A stretch of DNA of 64,000 nt from contig OZ241832.1 of the NCBI GenBank assembly GCA_965202585.1, positions 50,034,001 through 50,098,000 on the forward strand, read 5' to 3'. Made by a program: the position numbers and the translations under genes. Below, piece by piece: positions 13,601 to 27,400 of the stretch. Within the stretch, counting starts at the first letter, position 1. Every line of letters starts with the position of its first letter. The notes below the pieces were generated by a model. It ran no database searches, was not told the origin of the DNA, and saw nothing but the letters and a program-made list of their open reading frames with translations. This DNA comes from Thalia democratica (taxonomy: Eukaryota).

Positions 13601-15519
13601 CTTAAACAAAAATGTAAATAAAATTCTTATAATCCCTCATCTTATAATACGTTAAATTTTAGAAATGCACAAGTAGTACGTATAACTGTTTTAAAATTTT
13701 CATCTGTAGTATCTAAAGTATATCTCTAAAACTATGCCTATAATGTAATTTTTAATTACACAACTAAAAAAGCTGTTTAAAAATTATTCTTATTCTTTAA
13801 AGTTATTGTAACAGATTGTAATGAAAAAAGTTGTTAACAATAATATAGCCTTTTTTGCACTAATAAACTATAAACTCTGAGTTTAAACTTACTCGTTTAT
13901 TAAATTAATACTTTAGTTAATTTTTATTAAAATTGTAACAAGTAAGATTTGAATTATTCGTTTTTTATCTAATGTATTATATAAACAACCAACATACTAA
14001 TAACTGATAATAATGAAGACAACAAACAATTTTCAAATAATGCAAAAATTGTTTTCTAAAGGATTTTAAGTTTTAAAAATTTAAAAAATTTAAAGGTTTT
14101 AAAGAGTCGATTGTGATTAAGTGGTAATAAAATGGCAACGTTATTCCTAAGTTTTCCACATTTCTTAAATATAAAGTTTTTTTTTATTGAAATCTGTACT
14201 AATCAAACTTATGGCCTTAACAACTTATAAATAAAATAAAAGCAAGTAAAATAAAAGTTACTTTCAATAAAAGTAGATTAAAAATATATTATTTCTGTTA
14301 TGTATGTATTGCTTTCGTTGAAAAAAACAAAAATTAATTTCTTAAAAATTTTTTTTTTATAAATTGTGTTTTATTTTGAAAGAGTAAGAAACATTTTAAC
14401 ATAATAAGATAGAGATATAACAAAAAAAGTGTTTTAGAGTTAACAAAATAACTTTTAAAAATTCAGCTTTAGAATTTAGGTATAATTCTCGACAAAAATT
14501 GAATATGCATACTAAAAGAGGACCTTAAAACATTTACTGTTGTTATTTTGTTTTCACTAAATTTTATTACTAATCATGTATGAAACAACTAGCAACGGAG
14601 CTTAAAAGTACTAGAGTACCTATTTAGCAGCATGTATACAGATTAGAACAGTTAGTTAGTAAAATTATTTGAAGCTTATTCAAGTCTCTGGGGATTCTCA
14701 ATTAACTTTAATTTACCTATACTGCTAATTACGCTGTTGGAAGTCTTTATTTTCTAATAAAATTAATGAAGTTTAATTTGTGCTAAAGTTTTTGTATCAT
14801 ACCTTGTCAAAGTATTAGCTGATTATGTGTTATTTTTGTGCTATTTTAGTGGATACACATTTTTATTGACAACATTTTATTTAAGACTAACTTTGTGTAA
14901 AAAAATATATTATCTACAAGTTTTAAGCTTTTTTTAAGAGACTTAGAGATAGCACTTATATAAAGTGTAGAACATGTAAAAATAAGAAATTAACAAATTA
15001 ATACTATATAATTTAGAAAAAGTTCTCAATTTTGTAGTACTAGCAAACTGTTTAAAAAGATCCACAATGAGAAACCATCAAAATTTAAAATATTATTTTT
15101 AATAATTGTTATCGAAATCAAACATAACCCCTGCTGTTTTCTACAAAATAAAAATACTTATTTTGAAATGTTTTCAGAGCTTAACGAAACTCCTATTCAT
15201 AAATTAATGCTCATAAGTCACTTAAATTGAGTATTTCAACTAGTTTCCATAAGTTTCTGCTGTGCTTTTTCACCGATACATTTCTTTAAAATGTGATTTT
15301 AAGAAAACTTCATGCTTTTAGTTGTCTTTGATGTTTCTTTGTGCGTACAGTTTTTACATTTGATACAAGAATAAGAGCAACTTCTAATCTGTTCTTTATT
15401 CAACCTTTTTATCTTAGATGTCTTAAGTACGTTCGAAATAATGCCTGGCGTCTTTAAAGAGACGGGAATTTTTGTTGTCGTTTGCTTAAAATTACTTTCT
15501 GGCTTGAAAATTTGTTGTT

Positions 15520-16920
15520 GTTTTTTCAAACCCCTTTTGTTCTTTGCGGCGCGGGCCAGTTTTAACATGTTCGCAACAAAATCGCACTCAATCACGATTA
15601 TTTGAAAGTCATCACCTCACAGCGTGTTCGTTCATCTTTTTATGTTTTAATGAGAGGCGGTGAGGGGGGCTGAATGTAGCGCCTCGGAGGCTGCGAAACA
15701 AAACGCAAGCACAACAAAGTCCGCGTCAAAGACAATGCGCCCGCGAAAGCATCGCAACAAAGGCCCGTTGACTTGAATGGGGGTTTTAAAACAACATGTT
15801 GGGAAAAAATTGTTAACAATTAATAATAGAAAGCCGTGTATGGACGAAATGAAAACAGTGAGTTTTGTAAACGCTCAGGCTTGATGTTGAAGACAGCATT
15901 TTCGAGCAATTAGGAAGTGTGTAAATACGCTGTTGTATTTATTTTAAATTAATGGTTTTGTATGTTTAAAATCAATTTGATTGAGTTAAAACTGCTTATT
16001 CTCAAGAGATGGTAAAAAAAAAATTTTAAACAAGCTAAAACTGCAGAATGAAATTTTAAAAGGTACAATGTATTTAAATAATTTCAAGTTTTCATATATT
16101 TTCAGTCATTAAACGCTCAGACTTGTTCCTAAGAGATGGTATACTTAAAATAATTAAAAAAAAGTTTTACAAGCTAAAAATGCAAAACAAAATGTGATAT
16201 GAATTATTCAAGAGTTTACTATTTCGATATATTTGTACCAGTTTTTATTATTGCTATATTTAGAGCTCAATGAGAAACTTCTTCTAAAAAAAACTAAAAA
16301 CGCTTTTCAGTGGATGTTCATGTTTAGTTAATTAAACGGAAGTAAAATCATTTACGTATTTACATATATTGTCGTTTAATAAAATTTTATGACTAGAACC
16401 AACTAATTTAGTATTTAGCAGTTAACTATTAATAGCAGGCGCATAATTGCATTAGCAAAACATTTTTTTATATTTTTTGTTTATTACAGCAAAGATGAGA
16501 TTTTGGTTTTCAGAGAAGGAGACACGAGCAAAGAAGTTCTCGCTTGACGTGCACGGCTTAACTCGCGCGCAGATAGGAGAAAGTAGAAGAGGCTGAGGCG
16601 AGCCATTGATGCTAAAAATTGAGAAAAACTAGCGAGGAGTAATCGTTTGTTTAAAAATAGCGGTTCGCCGTTATAATTAGTTTTTTTAGGGAGACAAGGA
16701 TTCATTATGAGCAATTAGTTAGAGCTGCCCACCACAATTTCAAATCGATATTGGTGGTGGCAGCGCTTTTTAATTTGTCTTGTTTCGTTATTAATAAATA
16801 ATTTTGCGCGTGTAACTGAAGAGCGAAATTCAATGAATATTTTATCGGTGGAGAGTGGAGTTCGCGGGGTCGCGCTAATTAGTTTTAGTTTGCCTTACAT
16901 TCACTAAAAACACCTTCAAC
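15520..16920. promoter_or_regulatory. Two GC/CpG-richer blocks (15520-15930, 16430-16920): putative distal promoter or enhancer
   Basis: Locally elevated GC and CpG with repeated AACAAAG/ACAAT (Sox-type) and GCGAG motifs, 3-4 kb upstream of candidate exons U1-U3. Function is inferred. Confidence 0.35.
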
Positions 16921-19663
16921 TGCAGTTTAATTTCAGTAAAGTTTAATTTGTATATTTAACTAGCCGCAACTATAAACATGTTTTTTTTAATCAAAGCCTT
17001 TTCTTAACTCTTTTAAGGCTTGTTTAAGTATGCATAAATTTTTGTTACTTAAAAGTTTATGCAGTAATAAAGCATCTTTGTCTTAAAAACAGTAAAATGT
17101 TTTTTGTTTCTGAAAGTTTTTGGATATTTGTTTTTGTTTGCTTAAAATATACTTTATTATGACGTTTCGCATTTGTATAATTTAAGAAAAGTTTTATTCA
17201 AACAATTTTATTTAAAACGGCTAAAGATTTTAATTAAACTTTAACTTAGCTTTATAGTTTTTTAACAGCTCGAAGGTTGTTCTTTAACAAAAGCACTAAA
17301 TTATTAAAAAAAAAAAAAACAATACTTATAATGTTTAATTTTACTGTTAAACAAATGGTTTTCAAATCACAGCTTACTAAAAAAAATAGAAAATAAAATA
17401 AAGATTGCTGAAATTTTAAAAAGTTGATTGATTAGCTTATAATTAGTCAACGTCATTTTAAATCTCGGTACTGCAATGTTAAGTAGTCGTGAGCAGGCAA
17501 AAGGAAACGATTGAATGTTAACCAATTAAACTCATAATCAACCGCTTAGTATCTGTACAACTAATCATTTAAGTTTTTGGTGTGGTACGTGTTTGAATGC
17601 AGGCGTTAAGATTTTTATGACTGTTGCTGGCAACAATTTATTTTGCAGTTTTTTTTTTAAATCCTAGCTAAAAATCAACTTGAAGTTAGGTGCAAACTGA
17701 CATAATTTTTAATAAAAATTAATTTAAACATTAAAAATTTAAATTCAAAATTGATAATTAGAGGTAAATTTTTGGTTTGACCAAAATAATTAATTCATAA
17801 AAATTACGCATCTGTTGAATTTTAGCTTAAAATCAGCATAAAAAGTTTTAATACATCAACTGTTGTATTTCTTTGAAATTAGCTAAAACCAATGCTTTTA
17901 ATGCTGTTAGCAAAATTTTATGCTGAGAAAATTATTCAAGTTTTTAATAACTAAACTAAAAGTGTTTTGGGATTTTACTATTTTTCTTGAAAAAGTTAGT
18001 CATTATAACTGTATTTTTACATTTTAAAATGGTTAAAATGAAAACAAAAAAATACTTTAAGATTTTTACTGAATATTTTAGTTTACAAGTTTATGACTTT
18101 AAAGTTTTTAGAAAATTTATTGTCTTTAAGGACTGACATTTATAAAAAGCACTACAAACAAAAAAATAGCAAGTTTAGGCAATGTAAAGTTTGTTTGTTT
18201 TTTAACTGAGAAACAAGAACTGTATTATTTTTTAACAAAAATTAAAAAAAAAAATAATCACAACTGTCTCAAAAACTGTTTTTTTTTTACTAATTAAAAA
18301 ACCAAAGGTTGTTTATAATAAACTAAAAACGTTGCTGAAAATAATCAAATTAAAAATTTAAACTATAAATTACTTTATATTTTACTCTATTAGCAAACTT
18401 CAATAAATTCCTTCAAGTTAGAAACTTTAAACAGCCTCAAACCTAGGCCTAATTAATTCTAAAAAAAAGTAAACGTTCAACTGTGTATTGAATTTTCGGT
18501 TTAAATATATTTGTTTGGATCAATTAAAACCATCATCAAATGAACAAAGGGAGGCAATTTCGCGCTCACGGTGTCGCTTGTGTGTTTATTTGAAAGGTTA
18601 CGGTGATAACTCGACTGCGCTCGAAGTGTGCGCCGCTAATTGTTTAAAAGCATAAAACCATAGGCTCAACGGTACCGAGACGGTGCGAAGTCTTTGATAG
18701 GCCTTTGACGCAAGCCACCCCAATCGTTTTAATTTCTTAAGGTAAACTCTCAAAGTGTGTTACAATCAGCGCGTGCTGCTTCATAATTTGTTTACCAAAC
18801 AATGGTGGAAACAACAGTGCGAGTTTGTGTTCTGCACCTTACACTGATTGTTACAATTTCGTGTCGCGCTCAACAAAATGATATGCACAACAAACAATTA
18901 AAAACTTTCAAAGTGTTGAAAAATTTCTACAACAAAAGCGAACGGCTGCGCTGTGGAATTCGTTTCTGAATGAGAAACTTTTATTTTTTCTTTGTTTGAA
19001 GTTTATTGCTGACTGATTAGGTGTTTGATCGTTTGAATGCTTTTTTATTTCATACACCTGATTAAACAAAAAACAATATATGTTGATAATTCAAAATTGT
19101 GATAAAGTTTTTTTATTAGTTTTGTTTTCGAAAGCTACTTTTTTCATGAACTGTTTTATAGCAAAAATATTTTAATAAAAATGTTTTGTGAAACTCCTAA
19201 ACTAATCTAATAAACTATTTAAATAGAAAAAAAAATTAAGAATTTAAAAACACAAACTAAAGGACAGTGTTAGTAAACTTTAAAGCTTAAAATTCTGAAT
19301 GTTTTTATCTAGTTTTATTAAAAGTTAGTTTCTCCAATAAGACTAAAAAGTTAAGAGATAGTACTATTTTGTCTAATCGTTACTTATTTACATTTTTAAG
19401 GATGTATAAGTTTAAGATAGCAAGTATCTTAAATTCTTCAATTGAAGGCTTATTTGTTTGTGGTTGAGTAAATACTTGTAACATTATTTTATCTCTAAGT
19501 TCAACTTCGCTGTACTGCCTAAAACTTCATAAAATCATTAACTTCTTCTTAGACATTCAAGATTAACTCAAAACATCTCTTCTTAAACTGTTTGTTCTTT
19601 TCTATCGCAAGTTTTTATCTCTACTAAGTTTTAAACTCAACCTTCGCTATTATCTTAAGTTTT

Positions 19664-19691
19664 ATGAAGAAATGTATAAAATTACTTAAAG
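19664..19691 (+). CDS. Candidate first coding exon U1 of zfh2-like gene (MKKCIKLLK)
   Basis: ATG at 19664 followed by the strong donor AAG|GTATGT in phase 1, which matches the phase of the 20065 exon. Very short; no homology support. Confidence 0.3.
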
Positions 19692-20064
19692 GTATGTATC
19701 AAATAGAAGCTTAAAAGTAATTTTGTATACGGGAAAAATTAGTTAATAACAGAGAATAAATATTTATACTTGGTTTAGGCGTACCTAAATTAATATGAAA
19801 TTAGTTAAAAATGAACAAGTTAATTTTTGACCAAAAGGAAGATGACAGTTACAATCTTAATTGGAACAACAATGTGGACTTTTTGCCATCGAAACGTTTG
19901 AAAATTTAACTTGTATAAACATTTGTACTTGTTTCGGTTTAAAACATTTTGTTAACAGTAAAGATAAATTTTGTTTACGACTTTCAAATGAAAAGTTTAC
20001 TTTTAAATCAACAGCTAAAAATATTCCTTGTTCATTTACTGCAATCTAAGTTTTTTGGTTTTAG

Positions 20065-20155
20065 ATGTAGAGCTCGACCACCACATGAGAAATTCTGAAG
20101 TTGAAAAAAACATACAAGCGCTCAGCAACAACAAGTTTTTGAAGGAATTTTTAAA
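20065..20155 (+). CDS. Candidate upstream exon U2 (DVELDHHMRNSEVEKNIQALSNNKFLKEFL)
   Basis: ttttggttttag| acceptor, |gtaaga donor, open frame, phase 1 to 2, compatible with the 21356 exon. Confidence 0.5.
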
Positions 20156-21355
20156 GTAAGAACTTAATATTATTTTATTATGTAAAAACTTCTAACGAGA
20201 CTTATTTTTGGCCAAAATCTGATTTTTTTAAACACAAGCTGTTGAGTTTAACACGATGAAATTTAAAGAAAATCTTCAGAAACCAAATAACTTTATCACC
20301 AAAGTTATACAAAAATTGTATTTATAGTAATTGAGTATGCTTTTATAACCTACAGGTTAAAACAAAACTAATTTTCCACTGTTGTATATTTATTTACTAT
20401 TTATCGTGAATTTTTCTAAATTAAAATAACTGAACTTGTTTTTCACTTTTCATAGTTGTTTGAAATTGTTTATAACTTTAAAAAATTAAGTATTCTTTTT
20501 GTTTTATATTACAAAGCAAAAAAAAAAAACTAAATAATATGTGTTAACATATGAAATGTTAGTTTTTAACAAAATATGAAAATCATGCATTTTGTTTAGA
20601 AATTCAGAAAAGGTCATTAAAGTTTTCTTGAAAACGTTGGTATAAGACAAACGGCTATCAAGCAAGATATTTTCTCTTGTGTTCGTTTTTTATGGTTTTA
20701 ATTATGTTTTCCTAACATTTAAAATCCGAGACAAAATATAAAATCCCTCGGGATGACATTATTATGGCTTTTAAAAAGTCTAGTATGATTAGGATTTTTG
20801 AAACTTATTTTTGATTATTAATTATGCTCAGCTGAACTTTTCAAACGGCATTAGTATTGTAATAAATTTAGTCATGTTATTTTTGTTTTGATTAGTTTTT
20901 ATTCCACTTTTGCTATTTCACTTTTGTTTATTTAGCTAACATTTGAATAAGTTATCAAAATTTTCATTTATGTTAAAGAGTTGTATATTTAAAAATTGTT
21001 GAATTAAAAATAATTATGCTTATACTTTAGAGAGTTACAGTTCCAAAAATTTTAGCTGTAAACCATTAAGTTTGTATATTTTTATGTTGTTTCTCTGTTA
21101 ACGATTTTTTTTGTCGTACAAAACGTAAACTAAAGTGTGTCGGTAAAGTTTAGTGGCATTGTTTTAAAATATTAATGAATAATGTTATTCTACATTTGGT
21201 TTTTACAATTTTACAACAAAAAAAAAAGGTACTTTATTAAGCCAACAACTCAAATAAAATAATATATCTTAAAATTTTATCGAGTCTGCATTTAATCAAT
21301 AAACAGTTTTATAGCCAATTTTTTCTTAAACACAATAGTCTTTCACTTTTGACAG

Positions 21356-21476
21356 CTTTTCAACAACGAATCAAAAAATATTTTGTAAAAATCAAACACA
21401 GTCAAGACAAAAAGAGAAAAGTCGAAGTGAATATAAAATGCATAAGGATTCAGAGCAAACTAAAACTTTTCTAAAA
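21356..21476 (+). CDS. Candidate upstream exon U3 (FSTTNQKIFCKNQTQSRQKEKSRSEYKMHKDSEQTKTFLK)
   Basis: tttcacttttgacag| acceptor, |gtaagt donor, 40 open codons in AT-rich DNA, phase 2 to 0, compatible with the phase-0 acceptor at 44336. Confidence 0.5.
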
Positions 21477-24400
21477 GTAAGTTAGTTTAGATATTATTAA
21501 ATTAATTCAGCTTATTAATCGAGAAATATTTAGAATTTATACTACTGATTTGCACATTAACGTTTTTATTCTAAATTATTCTGCCTACTCAAAAGCCGAA
21601 GTTTAAATAAAATATATCAGAAATGATTAATAAAAGTCGAAATTATATATTTTAAATATATTAATCAATACTGTTATACTCATGAATGTCCTTTTCATCC
21701 ATTAGCTAAAATAAAATCAAACTTTTTGATTTTATAATGATTAAAAATTATTATTTTTACTAACTAAAATTTCTGAAAAAAATTATCAAAAGAAAACTGT
21801 GATTTCTTTAGATTAGTCAATTTTAATTGATTTTGTTTCAACAGCAAACTAAAATAGATTTTCTAAAAAACGACTTATAATTATATATAAGATAAAAAAC
21901 TAGTTTTATTAATTTTATACAGTTTTTATTTATGTAGTTTTGAAGCTATGGATTAAAAATTGTAACTATTGCTTACCATGGTACTTCGAAGTATCCATTA
22001 GTATACGTTATACAATCTAAAATATGAAAAAATGCTTTAAATCAAATCTCCTTGTCAGAAAATAGTGGAAATAAAATTATACGCAGCATTTCTTTTTTTT
22101 TTGGCAAAGGTCATTTCGAAAAAGTATTTATTGCGTATATTTAATAATATTCTCTTGAATTATAAAAACATAAAACGGCAGTGTCTTTTCGTTTGTTTAA
22201 AGTGTCAAAAAAAAGCCGTATATTGAAATAACCGCACTGACAATTCCGCTGCATCAAGACACTTGGTGTGCACAATTCTTCGGTGTATAATTAAGGAAGA
22301 AAAAATCTGGCGAAAAGCGTGAGACACATGCAGATTATTTTATGGCCTTTAATTTTCGCCAAGTGTCAAAAGAAACGTGGCAAGGCATAACGGTTTTGTC
22401 CCGTGCAATTGATTATTTCTATCACCTAAAAATGAAAAAATAAAAAAACTTGTGTCAGTATCCTAATCATATTTTAATTTTTAAACATTAATGTTGTTAA
22501 ACTAAAGATTTTTTTTTTGATTGATAATTAAATTTAAGCATGATATTCATAAAATTGAATTCAACTTATTATTCTTTTTCTTAGTGAATAGTTTATAAGT
22601 AGACAAACTCTTAATTAAAAGTTTCATTTTTTATTTATTTAAGCGAATTTAACCATACTTGTTGATGTTTTGTATATTTTTTCTAGACTTGTAAAATTAT
22701 TTTATTTTATTCACTATTGTAATATTATAAGGTAATTGAAAAAAAAAAAGTTTTAAAGTTGTTTAAAGTATTTCAAGTTTATTTCAGTCAAGTAGTATAA
22801 TCAACTTCTTTTATTTGTAAACGTTTTATATACTTGTTTGCTATAAATTATTTCAAAGTAAAGTTGTTTACTTAGTATATATATATATTAAAAATACTTA
22901 ATTAGTCTGTTTTGTTTATTTTTTCTATTCTTAGAAAAACTACAAGTCTCAAGTCTATTTTTAAGCATTTTTTTGTATAAATAAACAAGAAAATCAACAA
23001 AAAACTTAAAACTTTTTAAATTAATTGACGCGGGTAAAAGCTAAGTTAGTAAAGCGACTAACAGCTCCTTAATTAATTATCTGTTACAAAAGAATATTCA
23101 CCTGAATAAATTTTTTTTTAACTGTTAGTCATTAGCAAAAATATTTTAAAACATAAGTTATTAGTGAATTGTCTAAACGTACGCAGTCGATTTTGTACAA
23201 CAAAAGTTCAACTAAACCTTTACAATTTCACTTTAAATAAGTTATAATGCAGCTTAAATTGCGTATTAAACTAATTCCAACAAATATAAACGTCTTAATT
23301 TATAACTTATGATATAAAATTAAACCTATATTGCACAACGTATTCCTGTTGCACAACTTAAACTGCTACAAAAGTCAATAAGCAAACGTCATGCACTTGC
23401 TGTTCAGAGTTCACGTGTGCAATTTCAAGGGAGACAAACAGAAGTAGTTTGTTCGTTTTCAAAGCGAAAGCGCAGTCAAAATAATGTCGCTGCAGTAAAA
23501 AAACTGAAAGCACAGTGTGTTTTGTGTGGGAGAATGTTTTGATGTTGAGCTCATTTAATTAAGGGATCCTCTCTCACTGCCATAACTACATGAACAAATT
23601 CACTATTATTCTCTGCCCCATTGGCCAACTGTCGCTCGCTCGTATTATTAGATTATAATTGCTGCCTTAATCACGATCCTTGGATTTTCTCAACATTTTT
23701 ATCATTAACATTTTTTGTTCGTCGCACAGCGGTTTTTCTTTTTTTCTTTTGGAAGTTAATCAACTCAGCAGTAAAGGCTGTTACTTTAAAATTGAATGAA
23801 ATATTACAACCCATTTGGGTTTGATTACTCTGTCTATTTTCCCATTAGAACTTCTACAGCTTGAGTTAACCAAAGCTTCTATGAAAGTTTCTGTAAGTGA
23901 TTAGTAAACTATCTTTACTACAAAGTTTGTGTATACTAAAATGTCCGTTGTAAAGTATTGAAATGCTATTATTGTTAAATACTGCATAGCTCTATTTAAA
24001 CTGCATAAGGTGTTTTATGGTATAATACTTAGTTGTTTTTTATTTTTGTTTTTATCGAGTGTTTTGAAATAAAATGCTTATTTTATCTGAACAATTGTTT
24101 GAACTTTTATATACATAAAATTTTAAATGTGTTAAAGTTCTAATTTGTTAACATGTAACAAGAAAAAACACCACACATAAGCACATATTTTATAATAAAC
24201 AACAATGTAGTTAACCACAAAAAAGTAAACTCTTTGATGTACAAAACTGTATAATCTTTTTACCTTCACTTGACAAAACAAGAGAGTTTTAAGAAAATTT
24301 TCTTTTTTAAAGTGTTTTTATAAGCAAAAAATTGGAAACCATTAAACAAAAGAACTTTATTTTTTGTTTGTACATTCATAAATGCTATACTTGAACTTTT

Positions 24401-27400
24401 TTAACCAAATAAAACAAAAAAAATACTTTTTACCACCAACTTGATTTAAAGTTGAAAAAAGTTGTATTTAAAACTTACTTAAAATTTAAACTGTTAAAAA
24501 ATGTAAAACATAAGTATAAAAAAAACTAATTCCTTTAACGTATTGTTTTGTAGCATTGCGTTTAAACTATTTCCAAATATGTATTTTATAAACTTATTTT
24601 AATGATTTTTCACTGCAGTAGCAAAATTGTGGTTATATCAAATTTTTATTATATAGATATTAACAAGGTATTTTTTTGTAAATTAGCAGCATAAAAATTT
24701 GAAGAAGTTCATTAAAGTTTAAAATAAATGTATGTTTAACAAACAATTTTTACTTGATAAATCTTATGTAAAAATGTTTAGTACTTCTGAAATCGTTACA
24801 ATTAATATAATTTAGCCTTTTATTTTGTCAACTATATTTTATGTCACCTCATGAATTAACCAACTAGTTTATATAAAGTTAGCAATTTAGCAACGATAAA
24901 AACAAAATAATTTAAAGATGACAGATTAAAATAAAAACAAATTTCGGTACTAAAAAAATGAAGCATACTAATGATTAATAATAATATTTGATAACTTTTA
25001 TTTGTTCTTAAGCTTTATAACTTAAAAGAGATTTCAGAAATTTCTTGTTGTTGTTCTTATCTAAAAGCCATAAGTCTTGGTTATATAACAAGTTTGTGTG
25101 TTAGTTCTGTTTTATTCTTTGGAAGAACATTTTTAACAAAAAAAATACAGTAAAGTTTTTGAGAACAGCATAACATTAACTTAATTACTTTGCTAAAAAT
25201 ATGAACGTGAATGAACAGAAGGCGCGCAACGACGTTTTGCTAAATCCAAACTTAAATATCGTATTTGCTTTCCTTTTGTTTTGGAACCGAATCGTTAAAC
25301 TTAAATATAACTTATTAAATCGATCATTATCCCACCTATTCTCTGCGCTCCTTTCGCGATACGGGGTTTTCATTCTTCGAACTCTCGGCCACCATTATTT
25401 TCATCATTCAAAAATATACAAGCTAAGTGAAACGCAAAGTCGCCACGCCGAGCGAGTGTTTGCCGAGGCTATTTGGCTGATGTGACTGTAAAATCTCATT
25501 TGTATTTGTTTTTTGATAAACATTCAATTATAATTGTGTATGGCCGTGCTTATTGTAATCATCGCAGTTTCGATCGTGATCGTTTTGTTCGCGTATGATT
25601 TATTTTTCCATTGTTCGGTCATAATGATATATTGATGCTGCCCCCAACAACAAAGTGTTTGGGGTCCCAGAAAATTCGCTGTCTACCTTCTGCACTGCTT
25701 CGTTTGACAATTCGCTTTGCATTGACCCCGAGCAAAAACGGTCAGATAAAATGAGCAAATTAAAACGAGGAATGAAATAAACCACGACTAATTGGTCTCT
25801 GCCGCTTGTTTTGATTTAATTCCACTTTTACAACATCTTTTGTGTGGCTTTTGCTCAGCATGGCTAATTGAATGTTTTCTTTGCAAACGATACTTAATGA
25901 ATTTCCATTTTTAATTTGCTCTTTTTGTACTATTTTATTGCAACCTGAAAACGTTATTACAAAAAAAATACTTGTTTTTAATCTTTTTTTTGTTAATAGC
26001 TTGTTGTAAGGTCAAAACTTTGTTTTCAGTAAACATTACAGCTCCAACTTCATTAAAATTTTACAGCTGTTCAGTAAACAGATGTAAACTTACATAAAAA
26101 AAAAGTTAAATATTAAAAGGCTATCATAAAACTATTGTTTTTTTGGCGAGAGCCGTGATTTGTTGTAAACAGACCAGGTCAAAGTTTTACAGCTCTATTT
26201 GTTTCACAACAATAAAAATAATTGTATTTTTAAACATTAATCCAAAAAAAAAAAATCCCGATGCCGTGCGAACGCCTGTGTGAAAATATCCCGCAAAAAC
26301 ACGAAAATTACTCGCCGATGGAATCAAACAAAAGGCGAAAATTAAAAACGAAAGTGACCGAAGCAGTAAAATCCTCAATTAAACACACACAATGAGCCGA
26401 TAGGTGACAATGCCGGTGGTATTAAATTTGAAAGGGCGTAAAACCGTTGATGAAAAGAGAGGAGACAATTTATACGAACTGCTTTTATATTTTTAAGGGA
26501 GTTTATACTTTGAAAAACAAAAGTGCGGTGCTTATGCGCCATAGAAGCCGTAAAAGAAGCCTTCTCGTGAGCCTGATTGTTATTGCCCTCTTTTTGTTTT
26601 GTTTCTCCTCTTTAATATACTTTGCTGCGTTTATTGCTTGAAGTATTTTTTTCATCGCCTTTATTGAAGTCTTTAAACAGAGTTTTGTGTAAAGTTTTGC
26701 TGCCAAGAACTTTTGAAAATAAAAATTGGTGTATCCTGAGGACGAGCTCTAAAACTAGCAATTAAGTTGTAAAAAATTTCAAAAGTATTATTTTTTGTAA
26801 CACTTAAACGTATAGTTTTAGTTAGATGGATTAGTGTTATTTTTTTACTCTAGTGTTGCATTATTGTTGTTATTCTAATAGCTGGATGGTTATGTCAAAG
26901 TAATAAAAATTGTAGGTTGAACCGTTTTAAGTAAAGCTTTACATACTATGAAATATAAATGTTATTTTTAGATTGTAGTAAAAAAATATTGTAGTACCTA
27001 CTATTGGAAGGAATTCTTACAAAAATTTAATCAAATAATATATATCTAGCTACTGTTTTTATTATTAACTGGAAATACAGATAAAATAAGAAAAATTGAA
27101 AAACCTTTTTTTATAAATATTCTAAAATTAAGATTTTTTCTCTTAAAAGATCTAACTTAACAAAAATAATACTTTTGTTTTCAGTAAAAATGTAAAATAA
27201 GAATCACAGTTTATAAAAATAAAACAAGAAATATGTTTCTTGACTATACTTATTTTACTCTTCAACTTACTTAAACTGTGTTTCTACTGTTATTCATTTT
27301 ATAAATAACTTTCACGTGTCAACTAATAATTATGTTTCAATGTTTTGTTTTAGACTTTTTTTTCGACTTTACAAAAGTTTTTAAAAAATAAAAGTTACAT

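Noticed and set aside
25201-25485. 94-aa ATG-initiated + ORF in the large intron
   Set aside because: No compatible splice sites or codon bias; lies in a regulatory-type block.
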